A stretch of DNA of 64,000 nt from Phoronis australis. Its lineage: Eukaryota; Animalia; Phoronida. Positions 47,208 to 61,500 of this stretch are shown here, piece after piece. Location of the stretch: contig NMRA01000152.1 in NCBI GenBank assembly GCA_002633005.1, positions 124,001 through 188,000 on the forward strand. Direction: 5' to 3'. The notes beneath the pieces are model-generated. The model was not told the DNA's origin, searched no databases, and saw only the letters and a program-made list of their open reading frames with translations. The translations under genes were made by a program, and so were the position numbers. Within the stretch, counting starts at the first letter, position 1; each line of letters begins with the position of its first letter.

Positions 47208-50200
47208 TGGCAGGAATGTCACAAAAGATAGTCGTCGTCGTTTGATGACATCAAGAGAAAGTATTTTGCAAATATTCAATAAGAAAACACCAACTTCTAG
47301 CAATATTTTGAATTTGAGGAGAATACCATATGCGCACGCACCCCTTACAAGTAGGTCATTAGGGGAAACAACTCCAATAATTATTTCCACTTTTGTCAGC
47401 TGGCGTCTCATCCGTAGATTGTGCAGCATTGAAAATTGGTTACAATGTAAACGCATTCAACTGTTTGTGAAGCGGGGGGGAGGGGGAACGCTGTTTTTCG
47501 TAGGTTGATGATTGTTATTATTATTCTTATATAATTTGAATAAATTATGAAGTTATAAACCCGTGTTTGGAGTCGATAATTCTCCGCTCATATACTGATA
47601 TTGACATTGACCACTGCTACGGTAATGCGATTTTAGTATGTTTATATACAAGCATTTTGCGATATAATTCAGATCTCAACGTGATTCGATTTCGAGATCT
47701 GTTTGTTCGCAAGTCACTATTTACCACCGCACCGTCGACCGCGAAAGTCTTGTTAGGTTGTCGACAAGACTTTACAATCATCCAATTATCCACTAAACTG
47801 TAGAATTTAACTCAGCAAAAGTATCTATTTTGTGAAAGTAGAAATTTCGTAGAATATGATTGCTGATTTTATACCAATCTGCCATTCATCAGGTATAGTG
47901 ACCATGCTTTTCTAGCAAAATTTAGTAAAAAAGATACATCCATAGCAAAATAACATGATCAACAAAATGAACAAGTTTTGTATGAGATATAGATAAACAA
48001 GATAAAATGTCGAAAACGCTGTTACAGTTTTCTAAGTTATTGCTTCGTTTTCGTTTGATGCAACTTCAAACCTTTTTCATAAAAATTATGTGTCTCCTAT
48101 TTTGATAGCCCCTCACGCAAACGAGGAGCATCATTCCTAATAGCGTTGTGGAGAGCTTTGCATAACGTATCGTACCAAAACATGCTTTACCCGCGAAATT
48201 TGCTTCAAAAGTTGAATATTTCTATGTGGTTATGTACACGATAACGTCACACGGAAATTTACGAACTTTGTATCGAGCAAGCATGGTTTTAATTGAATCA
48301 ATACTGGACAACGTCTACAATTTTTTAAGGCCGAAAAGCCAAGTTTTGTCAAAATAATAGATTAAAATTTTGTCCTGTGCTTTTCACTCAAATGGAGTCG
48401 AATGCCTAATTTCGGACGTAGGCTCACTTCAAATACACGCGGATGGTCCTAAATACGCGTCTATACGGCATAAGCACGCGCACAAGCACTTTTCTATTCT
48501 GTTATTATGTAATTTGATATTTCAATGTAACTGGAGAATTTTTACGCAATCGAGATCTTGTAAAAGCTAACCTTTGTACTCGAAATCGAACTAAAAATAA
48601 GTTTGACAACTTGGAGAGTTAGGCTCGAGCACCTAAGCACGCGCTGAAACTCGCTTATGTCAACACTTCCCTGCTCACTCTTGAAATTCCTGGCTACACG
48701 TTATATTACGAATCTATGGTAGGAGATTGTGGGTCGACATTCTGGGCATGGTAATACTGTTTCTTCAGTAACCGACATGCTTAAAAATGGACAAAGTGCA
48801 AAGATTGGGCTGCAACGAAGAAATACACTTTCGAGTCGGGCTAACAAATTCATTAAATTGATTTAGCAGCTGTTGAACGCCTTCTGCGTAACACGAAATT
48901 GATTACTCAATAGTGCAAGAAAGCATGACGCAACTAAAATGTGTGTTCTGTTTTAATCTTCTGATTTATTGGTTTTCTAGAATTTTTACTGACCACATAC
49001 GGATGATACTCAGACCAATGCACGACTGGAGAACAGTAGTCAGGTATGATTTACTGTAGTGGTTACAGAATTCGTTTTGTCTCTTTATCATATGATACCG
49101 TAAAAAAATGTTGAAAGCAGATATTCCTTTTTTCCTTACGACATAAATATGAAAATCACTTTTTTTCAAAAGTTTGCATGCGATGATAACCATAGTTTTG
49201 AGCATTAAAAGAACATGAAAGATTACTTTCAACTGACACAAAACATTAACGTTTTTGGAAGGGTTATTAGACCATTGGCAATTGTTCAACTTCGTTAAAA
49301 AACTTTGTTTCACGTCAATCGTCGGGGTGACTTAATTTTTGATAGGAAAATTTTCACCTGTCATCGATCAATTTTCTGAAAGATCTGTTTTGGCGCAGGC
49401 GTTGTGAACGTGTGAAGTGCTGATCAAAGCCAAAGCCTAATTTCCTGAGTACGCGTGGGAAAAAAGCTGAAATACATTAGAGTAGTATTCTTTCTAGATT
49501 GGGAAGAAATCAAGCGCTGGACTGTCGTGCGAGATTGATTGAACAATATTTCCGGGAATGCGGAGCTTGTGCTGGTAGACAACTTCTGGTGGGTTTGCAT
49601 TCCTTTGCCGTTTGTATAAATAGATGACATTCACACTTATATCAACCTATATAAAAATCCTCAATACTGTTTGTGAAACTTGTTTTACTTATACAAACGT
49701 GTGATCCTCATAAACATGCGTTTTCATAATGGCTTAGAGATTTTTGAAAGGTCCGACGAATTTTTGCCTCAACAGGGACTGAACTTACATGGGTTAGTGT
49801 AAAGCTATTTCGAATTAAATCACTGATTCGAATCCTTTTTAAAACAGATTAATTTCGTCGAAGCATGTTAATTTTATGTTTTATCAACTTTGATTATTTT
49901 TCCGGTTTACATTTTCCTATCCACTAAATGTGGAGTTAGCTGAGAGTACGATTTTTTGTGCTCGACCGAAGAATTCGGCCAAGTGCTGACTTGTCTAAGG
50001 ACGGCGACGACCGCGGGAAGTTATTGGTGCCGGGTTGGCCATGGGACGACCATTTTTTGTGCGGCAAGTTACAATGACTTGGGAACAGTCACGCCTTGCG
50101 TGGAATCTGAACCAAGTCTGCTCTCGACAACTGGTGTCAAGTCATGTCACCAAGTTGTATATTTTGCTCGATTCAAGTATTTTTGGTGGGTATTTGGCAG

Positions 50201-53200
50201 ATCTTCAGGTGAAGAGTCAATCGGGTACCGAATCCAACTATCCAGAATCTTCGTGAAAGACAGCTATCACTCGTTCTCATTTTGAGCTATTAAAAATGCT
50301 TATTCCTTGTTTAACTTCAAGAGGTAAATCAATATTCATTTATTGCAATTTCACGTGAATCTACAATGTGCCATTGCAGCTGCTAGTGCTACTTTCCCAA
50401 TGCGTCTAATTGTTCATTAGGACGTCATCAGTGAAACGAAAACAGGTGTGAAAGAACATTTCAATGAAGTCGATCCGTTTTGTATTAGATATTATTTATG
50501 TTTTATGACGGATAATTCGAGTTTTTCTCCTAAATTACATACCATGTTCATAGCATGTTGTTAACTCAACCGTCGTGGTGACGTTTAACCTTTTTACCTG
50601 GTCTATGCGCCGCTTACTATTACTCAGAAATAGTCAACGGGCCAGTCTCATTAGAATTAACTATCATTAATCGAGAGTGCAAAGATAGGCTGAAAGAAAC
50701 CCTATGTGATGTGTAAGTATGCTGGGAGACCATACGGATTTCATTCAGTGACCGGACTTTGGGAGCGACGGGATCTTAGGAGGCTCTCTGATCGTTCAAC
50801 ATTGGAGCATTTTAAAACAGTACCTCTGGGTTTGAGGTAAAAGATCGCGCTTTTTTTACTTAAATAAGAACAACACAAAATGTTTGAAAAATCTGCTTCA
50901 TTAGAACATAACGGTGTCAAAAATCTCTTCGCAAAATGTTATCACAACAGCGTATGTAATATTGAGCGCGGCGTACACTTACGCAACAAACTATGAGTTC
51001 ATGTGATGAGGCAAAGCGTGCTCGCACCCGGCAGCCTAAAAAATGGGGGTCTCGAATTATTTTTTTGAGAATGTGGACCTATTACTCAAAACTCACGGGG
51101 AACGTCCAGAGCCATGAATTGAGCATTCGCAGAATTTTGGTATTTCTTGCCTTTTTAGTGGCCTTTTGCCTCGTTTTCCATTTTTTCGGAGTTTTGTTTC
51201 TCTAAGGTGGACCTTCTGGGGGAAAGGAAATTAGAATTTTTTAAAAAGTAGCAAATGCACTAAATTTGTGATCATTTGCTTCACGGTTTTTCTTTCTATA
51301 TGAGCTCGCATATTTCTTTCCGTGTGAGAGGCTTTCTGGCCATGATGAGGAACCTATTATCGACGACTGCGCCACCATATATGAGTAGGCAACCCCTGAA
51401 CTTCACTGCGTGTTGATCCCGGTACACCGATTCAGAGTGAGGCAAAGTGTGAAAAGTGCCATTCCCCGAGGATCAATAACACTAATAATGATAATGATCA
51501 CAACATTAACAGCAATATCCAACTATACAGTACTAGTTTGTAGTCTTCAGTATGAAAGACCGCCAAAACAAATTGCTTCATAGTAACAACTACTTTGGTC
51601 TCCAGATAAATGTAAATAACACTCGGTTTTTAAACGCTCTGCCTACTATCAACGACAGTATAAAAAGGCTATGCGCGAATTGCGAATTAATGAGACCTAT
51701 TACATTTTATATCCTGGAATTTGCTTTAACCTGCCATGGGGCTAATTATAGTTTTCGCTGGCCATAAATGCGTGTCCCGCAGAGCAATGCGAAAGGAGAT
51801 GATCTGTGATCTACTATCACAGTCTATAACAAATCGCATGATATTTATTCGTTCATTTACTGATAGACGTGGTAGGCCTAATCGGTAGACCTAGCACTTC
51901 GTCAAAAATCGACATTACACATAAAACTGCACCAAATGTAGTTCGGTGAATGAACTACTGATTATTGAGATTGAAAACGCAAGTTGTAGTGTTAAAATAT
52001 CTGCAAAAACAAGTGAAAAACGAACATCAGCATGTTCTCCGATATCTCGATTCTCAATACCACAGAAGCTATGAAGCCAGTGTGTGATAATTAATTAGTT
52101 CCGGACATGTGGTTTAGGCTCATGAGCACGCTTGGGTTTGTAGGCGAATACATGGGTTGAGAGGAAGAAGTTCATTGTGAATTCAGGGTCGAACCCATGA
52201 CCTCAATAAGAAGGGAATGGATGAACACTACGACCCCAACATTCGACATGCCGACCTTAACGGTGCCTATCAGCCTTAAAACAACCATCTCACACCACTT
52301 GTTGTTGGACTCAGAAACGTCAGCGTCTGGGCAAAGGACAGACATGATGTTTTTTTTCACGTTTTCCAAAAAAGTCGGATAGATTAGTAGATGACAGTAC
52401 TCTTAATCGTTTAATTGTTTCATAAGGAAGACTGTGATTCAATTACGTTTTTCCACCAACTGTTATCATGATTGTCTCGGGTCCGCATCATCTGGCGTGC
52501 GTTCAGTAGACGCTAGGACCTACGCTAGGACCTTGCTAAAACCTAGTCAAAGTCACATGTTCTCATTTAAAATACACGGCAATATCTCACGTAATCTCGC
52601 GAAGTCTTGCTTCTTAGCGAGGTCCTAGCGCTACTGAACGGGAGGCTGGTTTTGAATGTGCTGCGACATCCTTCCGCCAGTTGTGAAACAGCCTCACAAC
52701 CCCAGCAGTACCTGCTGATTAAGTGTCGGATGACTCGTCAGTTAACCCACTATACAACTTTTTGGCGGGTGCACGCTCATTTCACGTGACATCGAAAGAG
52801 CTAAAACTTAAGAAAAAAAAAACATTAAAAGGATTTCAAATGTCCTGTTTATCAAACCAACACAGACGCGGCTCCATCAATTTTCCGCTTCTCTAAAACG
52901 CACTTCAGTTAGCAAACTAAACGATCTGTAATTGTTGAAACATGGCATCCTTACTGTCCGGGGGCCTTGTGTTCTACGACTGTGGTGAATATGCAGTGTA
53001 TCTTCTTGTTCTAAAAATTTTAGTGATTATTTCCCTTGCCTTGGCTCATCTGTGTTCTAAACTGAATATTGCGAACACCAGGACAACTCGACACAGTCAA
53101 TCCCTCATTACACTGAACACTTTCATGCTCTCCATAATACCCATCCCCTTGCTATTCTGCAAACGATATAAAAATCTAGGCATAGACATGCGCTCAGAAA

Positions 53201-56200
53201 TCTACTGGTATGATGCCCTAACGGTATAATAAATTCAATAAACTGCGTATTTCAGCCGAGCGCTCCTTAATTAGCGATGTGCGCTGCGGAATTTCAGTGT
53301 GCCTCAGGTCTTGCAAGTGTAAATTAAGAATTTCATTGGTTACTGCACAAAGGTTTGCAATAATTTTCACACCTCCTTCCAAAATGTGTTAATTAATTCG
53401 TAAAATATTGTAAACGCAGAACATGATACCAAGCGCGTGATGTTTTCAGACGAACCCGCTGAGTCCAAGAAGTTGACACTTATTAAGACGCAGATCGATG
53501 TTATTATCGGTTTTAGTGACTGCTCAGATTATAGGTGTTCGCAAATAATTAACTAGCACGTTGCTAGATAATCCTTGACTCTGTAAGATGGGCTACTTAG
53601 AGCGTCGATACTTTCTAATTGCTCGCATACCAACAGCGTTTCCATGGATACACAGTGCAAGACTTGAATCTCGAAGTTGTCGTGTTTGTGTCAAAATACT
53701 TCAGAAAATAGAATACCTAATAATCACGCTTCGTTCACATCATCTGAAGTAAGATCAATTGCGGCTTAGATACAGGTATAAACAAATTTATTCAGTGAAA
53801 TGATGAGCAATGAAACAGTTTCAACTGTGAAACAGGATACTATTTATTTAGGACACTTTTACTTATTGATTAGGCTTGGTTTTAAAGTACAGGTGTTGGC
53901 CTATAATAGAATACAATGACGTGACAAAAATGACCGCTGTTTGCTATTGACTCCATCGGCGCTTCAGCAAGCAGCACAATAAACATTCTGTGCATAATAG
54001 CGATCTTATTGAAGTGCATGCCGGCAGAGCGCGCATGCCTGTAGGACAGTGTAAACGCGTCTGCACGTACACGTAGAGATCTTTTTCTGCTCAGATGTAC
54101 CGGACTGAGTACTGTTTCACTCTGATCTCAGCCAAGTTACCACAGAGATATAACGCTCTCAAAAGGAATTGAGATACTCAACCATTCGCCAGCAGTATGG
54201 TAAGACTATTTACATATATCTTAAAGTTGACATATTAACGACTTGGCGTCTGTCAAAGAGCGAGAGCGTTGATAATAACACCTCGGTACTATCTAAAGTG
54301 CTGTTCTGAATTTTGATAGCTGTTCCGTTTCGTCCACAGGTAAGTTTATCAGCTTCCTATGTAACATTCATATGGTACGTGACCAGGATGGGGTTAAAAT
54401 GTGGTTGTTTAAATGCTGAGAGGGGAGTTTGTGCCGATTCTTTGTAGATTGCTAGACACGAACACGATCTCGATACTAACAACCACTCTGCAAACCAGGG
54501 AAAAGTACGTAGGGGACATGCGTAAGACTAAAAATGCTTAACTAGATGAAACTTGCTGACGACAGACACTCAAAGGTTGCCAATATCGCGTTTTTGTCCG
54601 AATTTGGTAACGTAGATCTAAATCTAATCTATAACCATCTACATATATATGCTATGCAAAGTTCTGTTGTTACAGAAACCCGTGAGTTACAAAGGCACTC
54701 CCGACCACCAAAGACCTTACAGCACAATATTTATTATCAACAATACTTACACAGTTTGTATTCGTAAGTCAACATCAATATAATAATAAAAAAAAAATGT
54801 TCCTTACATAAAACACTTTTGGCTGTATAGGCTTATACATGTAAGTTACATATAGGCCTATTTGATATTATACTACTGCCAACATTTTCTTTCATAAAAC
54901 ACGGCGTCTTGTATTCTAGGCTTTTACCTGACTCGATATAGGCTTACAACAAGTAGTTGGCGGCATAGTGGGCCTTTCACCTTCTGTTCTATTAGATCAT
55001 GGGCGAAGGTTGTGCTCAAAACAAATTACATTGTGCGTGCTAGACACCGAGCATGTTCGAGGATTGCCCTTATTGCCAGAACATAAATATTTAAAACCAA
55101 GTTACATACTTGCTGTGTATTTACATTCTCAATGGTGTTGAAGGGCGCTAACTACTGGTTGGCTGTTAACAAATAGAGCTGTCAGTTTTTCTATTTGATA
55201 AGAAGATTATACGGCGGCCTTAAACAAATACAAGATTGGTCACTCCTTTGATACAAGAAAAGACGTATCACGGAAGCATTCGCATTCAGAAGCGTCAAAA
55301 GAGCACTGGGAAAACAGCATAAATGATTTGACAGTGTACAATTCTTCATAAAGTAAAAGAATGACATTCTTAAAAAAGTTTCGATATCCAATTGCTGGGT
55401 CGTTGCCACTGTGTCATACTGGTGATAGGAAATGTTTACTGGCGTTCATTCAAAAACAAGTTCACGCAAAATAACACTGTTCCTGAAGCATCTTTTAGGT
55501 GTTTCACGGATAAAAAAATTATAGAATTCATTTCTAAAGCTACTGAAATTAAAAAAACATCGAGATTAAATTTTAATTTAAATAGTGTCGAAAAGCGCTA
55601 AGGAGCATTTTGCCGCTGCATAGCTGTCACTGGTGAAATCTTAACCGAAGCACTTTGGGGTTTAAAACACAATGTGCTCATCTGATCTTGAAATGTTGAC
55701 AGCTCCAGTTACAGGCAATGCGCATAAGCGCAATTTTCGAATTCGTAGCTTTATGATTGGCCAACCTCAATAAAATAGAAGTTTTCTTGACCGATGCAGT
55801 TTTCATGTTCCTGTTAATTGGTATCGGAAATACATGTAGAATTCGTTACGTTATGCAATATTGTGAGGTCAATATTACGAGAGTAAAAAGTATAATTCCA
55901 TGTTCGTTTTCTGGCCAGCCAAGTTCAGGGCGAAATGCAACTCTAAAGTCAATACTTACACTTAAACACGTTACAAAGTGTTTGGCAAGTAGTGGTAAAC
56001 AGTGTCACTTGGTAAGGTATATTTTTAGGGTGCACCCGAATATTAGCAGCCTGCTGTATAAATTCGCTTTAACTCAATCTTTGTCGCTTAATCTCCGTGA
56101 TTTGTGTTTAAAAATGTACGCCACCGTCAGTACATGAGTGTAACGACAGAGTCACAATCAACATTGAAGATCCCGGAATAAGAAATGAAACGGAGTCTCT

Positions 56201-58539
56201 ACGTACGTGTACAAATCAGCGTCATGGTCAAGATGACCGAAACTCACACCTGGTGGAGGACCGTGAGTGGCTACTAACAATCCCCCCCCCCGTAGAGGGA
56301 GCCGTATCTTGATGCTTCGGAAATCCTACGTCTGACTTACTTGACAGTAAAACCACTGAGTTTCAGACTACCATACTTAATCCAGTAGACGCCAGAAAAC
56401 CAACAAAGAATTGTGAGCTCCAAAGAATTTTTAGATCTAAATGTTTACCGTTGCTCTTCCAGTACTTATTTTAAAACGACTATCAGTTTTACGGCAGACG
56501 GCCGGAAAACACAGTTTTGTGCTTTTTATGCTTATTGCAGGATGGGATAGACTTCTTGAAGTTATTAGCTTTGAGCAGAGTTATAAAAACCCTTATGTTT
56601 TGGGGATTTTATTATAAATCGCCAATTCTCGCCGTTGTTATATCCAGATATGAAATCAAGACCCTAGTTGATTTTACCAGTTCAATACGGTCAAAGTACT
56701 CTGCAGTTTCGCTCCACCAGCTCAGCGTTGGCTTGTATCCGCTGAGTATGTGGGTTCGATTCCGGTTCAGTTACATCTCAGAAAATCACTTTCTCGCCGA
56801 TAACGTCCTTTTAACCAAGCCTGCACTGCGCGCAGTAAGCTGCCAACTTTATTTAGCTTGATCTTGAAAGGGATGACGAAGTTTGTTTACCGTAAACTCA
56901 ACGTAAACTTAACGTTCTAAACTCTACTTTACAACTGACTGTGGCATAATCAGCCAGTCGGGTCCTTTCTTCATTGATTGAAGTCATTGTTCGCTTGCTT
57001 TCCTTCTGTCAGTCGATTCATTACCACCGCAAGCGTGTAGACGCTTCCTATGTATACTGCTCCGGACTATATTGGCCGTAGAGTGAGGATTAACAGAATT
57101 CTGGACAGGTTCTTCTGGAGTTCCTGGTTTGTGTGAACTGGTAGTGTTTCACTATGGACAGAGGGTAAGCACATTTCGGCTAATAGCCTTCATCTCAATC
57201 ACTTGCCACGACATTCCTGATATGTCGATGGCTACATGTTTATCTTGGGGATGGACAAAATCATTGCTACCGAGATATTGACAACAACTTGAACCTGTCT
57301 CTGATAGTTTGAGATTCTCAAACACGTACGTGTTAGAGAAGACGATGCAACTTCAGTGAAGTGTCTGTTTCAGTCGATCACTCTTTCAAAGTTGGACCAC
57401 CCATCTACCACACAGATGGGATTACCATATAGGTGCGATCCGGAAACTATATGCTTCGCCGTCACCGAGTGGACATCCTTAAAAGGATAGCTCAGGTCAA
57501 ATTCGTCCACGTCGGTCAACGCTTATTCTTGTATCAATGTGCCTGCAAACTGTCAAAAACAACGACTAGCTAAACATTTGATATTTTGTGCGATCTCTCG
57601 CTACGCAAGTCGAGCAACAGCACTTGATAATCGCAATCGATCCCCGTTATCATTCGACACAATGCACGAGGCTCACAATCACGTATGTACAATGACTATA
57701 ATAAGCCCTCATATTGAACCACTTTTCATTTTCGTTTGTTGTAAATATTTGGCATAAACATAGTGCATAGAATGAGAACAATATAAAAATGTTAACGCTG
57801 GCCCAGTCAACACAATAACCGCCATTGATCCGTCATTGTACAGTAGTAGACAGGAGGTCGACTCGTCAACTAATCCTTATATGAAATTGTATAATTATTA
57901 AGCAGCGTTATGGCGTAGTTGCTGCAGAACCCAATCACTGCAAAAAAGTTAGAGACCTAATTATTTCACAAAAAAATCTTCGTTTTTGCGTCAGTTCAGG
58001 CTCTACTCTGAAATATCTTATCACGGCGGGTTATTTTAATGTCCAGCATGGTCTCAAGCAATAACGAACTGTCGTTTTTTCCAAGCCCAGAATCTGCGTC
58101 TCATCTGAGTTAACCTAAGAAGTTGAGACCAGTTTTATAGGGGTAAATGGTCTATCATAAGTAAGCTTCCTTTGACACAACGAGGGACCTTTGCGAGTTC
58201 AGAAAGCAAGGCCCATTTTTGCTTAACTTCCCTTGGCGTCATAGTGGTAACCTGTTAATGCAAGGCGAGAACTTTGTTACATGCTGGTTTTACACTTCTC
58301 TGCTAAGTTTGGAAAGTGCAATCTCGAGCTGTTGGTCGTAACAGCAATGCAAGACACTCGCGAAAGTATGATCATGTGTTTCGCTGGCTATATGTATGAC
58401 GATATATCGCGAAGGCTTGTGTGATCAACACTATCCACTCGCAATTTACTGTACGGAACGCAGCCCAAACTTCATCTGTGCTTACGTTTATTTCGCATGC
58501 TGAAGTCGTCCACGTATCTTTTCAGGCTCCACAGCAACA

Positions 58540-61500
58540 ATGGCGTCAGAAGCTGGCGCGTCGCCAACTTTGCGTAAAACCAGGCAGCGTCGAGTGGGAG
58601 TTGTTGCAAGACCTCCTCCCTTGGAGACTCTGACGGAGCAAAAGAGTTTTCATGACAAAACAATAGAAGGCGCCTCTTGTACAACGTTGCCTGTGGCAAA
58701 TTTAACAGACGATAATATTCCAAATAACCCTTGGACGGGCGATTGTGCAAAGGCCTATTCTTCAACGACGCTACCAAGGCCAGTTGAAAACAACGATTTA
58801 CCGAAAACACCTATCGGGTTAAAACTTAATCTATTTTCTTCAAACCCAAGATATCGTCGCATGACATTCCATGACCTCTTGCAAGGTTCTGAAGAAACTA
58901 ATTCACGTTCCTCAACTCCGCTCAAGATTTCCGAGCGACTTCCGGTAGGTTTAACTTTGAACTTGAATCCAACGAGACAAGAACGCCGTCGACGAATCAC
59001 CGTTCACACCCTTGAGCCACAAGTTGACATCACCAACTCGCCTAGGCAACTTTTAGCAGGTGCTCGTCATCACGTGCCCAAAACACGTGATTCTGTCACA
59101 AATTACGTAGCGAAGCAGTACTGGTCCACCGTTTCCCCAGATTCACAGTCCTCTGCAAAGAACAATGCACCACAGTTTGTTCCCGGCAAATTGAGATCCA
59201 AATCCAATGAAGAACAGTCTGAGAATTCTTTAATGAGGAATCCTGTTGTTGCAAACGTAACAAGAAACCAACAGACGACAGATAAAAACGACGGCGACGA
59301 GACTCTTGCTGAGAGAGTGGCTAGAATTTTACGGGAACAGACTGTAGAACACAGAGAAAGAAGGGTGACTTTTCATTCTCTTCTTCCAAGAGGTTCACCC
59401 ATCAGTCCGCTTGACAATATTTCACAAGCAAGAAAAAGTTCTGTAGCGAAGCAAAGACGAATCACCTTAGCCACGCCCTTTCACATATTTTCGCAGGACC
59501 TGGAAAAATACCAAAAGATAGCTAATTACTATCAAAATTCAAACGAAAAGAATTTTGTCCCAAAAGAAGTGAAAAAGGTTCGCCGCGCTACAGTTCACAC
59601 AATGTCCGGCGTGCACGCAAAAGTTGATGTCAGGGAGAGGCACAACGAGACACACGATGGTGACAGACGTCTTCGGCGAGCTACCGTGTATTCCATGTGC
59701 TATGCAGATAGTTTTCATGATAGCGAGGAGATAATGGACAATTCTTTGAAGACTGGACGTAAGACATCTCGCAGGAGATCCCTTCTGTCACAGGATTCAA
59801 AATACGAACTTTACAGGTAGGTTCACAGGTTTGTTTAACACTAAAGGTGTTAAAAGCACCAGCTTTCTTCACAGATGTAATAGCTCTTCTAACGTCATCG
59901 TGTTCTTATCGTTTGTTAGAATGAAAATTGGTTTTGAAAATCGCCTGGAATTTCCCATCATGGCCGTGCTTCCTTGGCGGCTGAAATTAACCCGCCGCAT
60001 CTTAACGGGCCTCGTTCGAAACACTTCTTCCCTAGCCTAGACATTATTCTTAACCTGAGTACAGTAGCAGGGCTTGGAATTTTCCTCTTTTGAGACGATT
60101 TCCTCTTTTTTGGTTTCAATTTCCTCTTATTTAATTTCAAGTTTCCTCCATATCGTCTCCGTTTGTATCATTGTTTTGACATTGTTCATGCAAAAAAACG
60201 TTCTTACAGCTAAATTTTACAACACAGAAAACGTCTCTATCACATAAGCCTGTTAATTTGTAAAACGATTCATCACTTGGAAAAATTTCCCCTTTTTTGT
60301 CATTGGTCATTCCAAGCCCTGAATTGTAGTCAACATGAGATCAAAAGTTGGTTTTTACAGGAAGCGCCCATTTGAAGCTTACCGAGCACTTCTAGCTATT
60401 TGCCAAGAAAATTAACTTACGATTTTCGAATCGCGTATTTTTGTAAAACTTATCCCAGCTTGCTCATCATTCTGATTAAAAGTGACTTTTAAAATTATAA
60501 AGATCGGACCAGGATTGTGTTCAGTAGACCAAGACAAAATCGAAAAAAGTTGGTATGATGTGCTTGGCTTGTAATGCATAGCGATGTTTCGCAAAGACTT
60601 ACGTGATCTTGCGTTGTCGTGAGTTTCTTGGGTCTATGGAACGCAGGCTAAGGTTCCATTCCAAGAAACTAACTTAATTCCATTTCTGGTCTATTAAGAC
60701 TTGGTTTTAAATATTTAACTTAAAAGTAAAAACTTGAAAGTACTTGGCGATCCATTAAAATAGCTAAACTAAATCTGAATAATTCGGATTGACAGACCAG
60801 TCATCAGTGTCAGATTAAAGCATAGGGGCCGCGGGCTGTTTTGTCAGATAGACCTTCAGTTCTTTAAAAAAAATTACGCGTATATTGTCTACACGTATTT
60901 GAAGTTGGGCACTTTACCACACTTCCAGAAATTCGGGATAATAGATAATAAATTATTTCAGAGATTTAAATCCAAAAAAAAAATTTCAAAAACCAGAAGG
61001 CTCTTTGTTTTTATGCTCAGGTATTGAAATGATGCCGGTTAGACGGGACTTCTTGGTTTCTGTACTTTGAAACGGCGTGTCATATTAAGGGGCCACCATG
61101 GTAACAATTGTTACTCTTTTATTGTGTTAAGAAATTATAAAATATCCTTTCATCTTAAGGGTGCCTGTTCTCGGAGTGAGGTCCGAATGATGAAATCAGC
61201 TGCTGTTCTTTTCGTGTTTTTGCGAAAAAAACACATCTCGCTATGTTAATATGTTACGGGGGTTCCTTTTAGAAGGGGCTACCATGATGAAATCGGTGGT
61301 CACTTTTATCCCATGTCTTGTTATCATATTTATTAAGAGGCCCCTGTCCAAGGGTGGTATCCAATGATGGAATCAACTCCTGCAGTTTCCCTGTTTTTAT
61401 GAACTAAGACATACCGTCATGTTAAGGGGGACCACGATAACGGAAGGGATTGTCAACCCTTTCTTGCATTTTTTGTAATTATAGAATATCCTTTCACGTA

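Noticed and set aside
47208-47456. N-terminal extension of the PAN3 ORF (MRLHCNQF...)
   Set aside because: Runs through the likely promoter/5'UTR (NRF1-like tgcgcacgca at about 47331) and has no recognisable similarity; the ATG at 47207 just before the CCCH finger is more plausible.
49956-50285. GC-richer patch with overlapping ORFs in the PAN3-upstream intergenic region (similar patch at 52080-52350)
   Set aside because: Could be decayed TE coding sequence, but I could not recognise any domain or consistent splice structure.
59817-59820. Stop codon closing a 426-aa single-exon gene
   Set aside because: The TAG lies within a donor site (AG|GTAGGT), and a phase-compatible exon with the same motif type exists at 62800-62952.
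60622-60670. Small hairpin agtttcttgg...ccaagaaact resembling a terminator or ncRNA
   Set aside because: Short and imperfect in a MITE-rich intron; probably a repeat remnant, with no further support.
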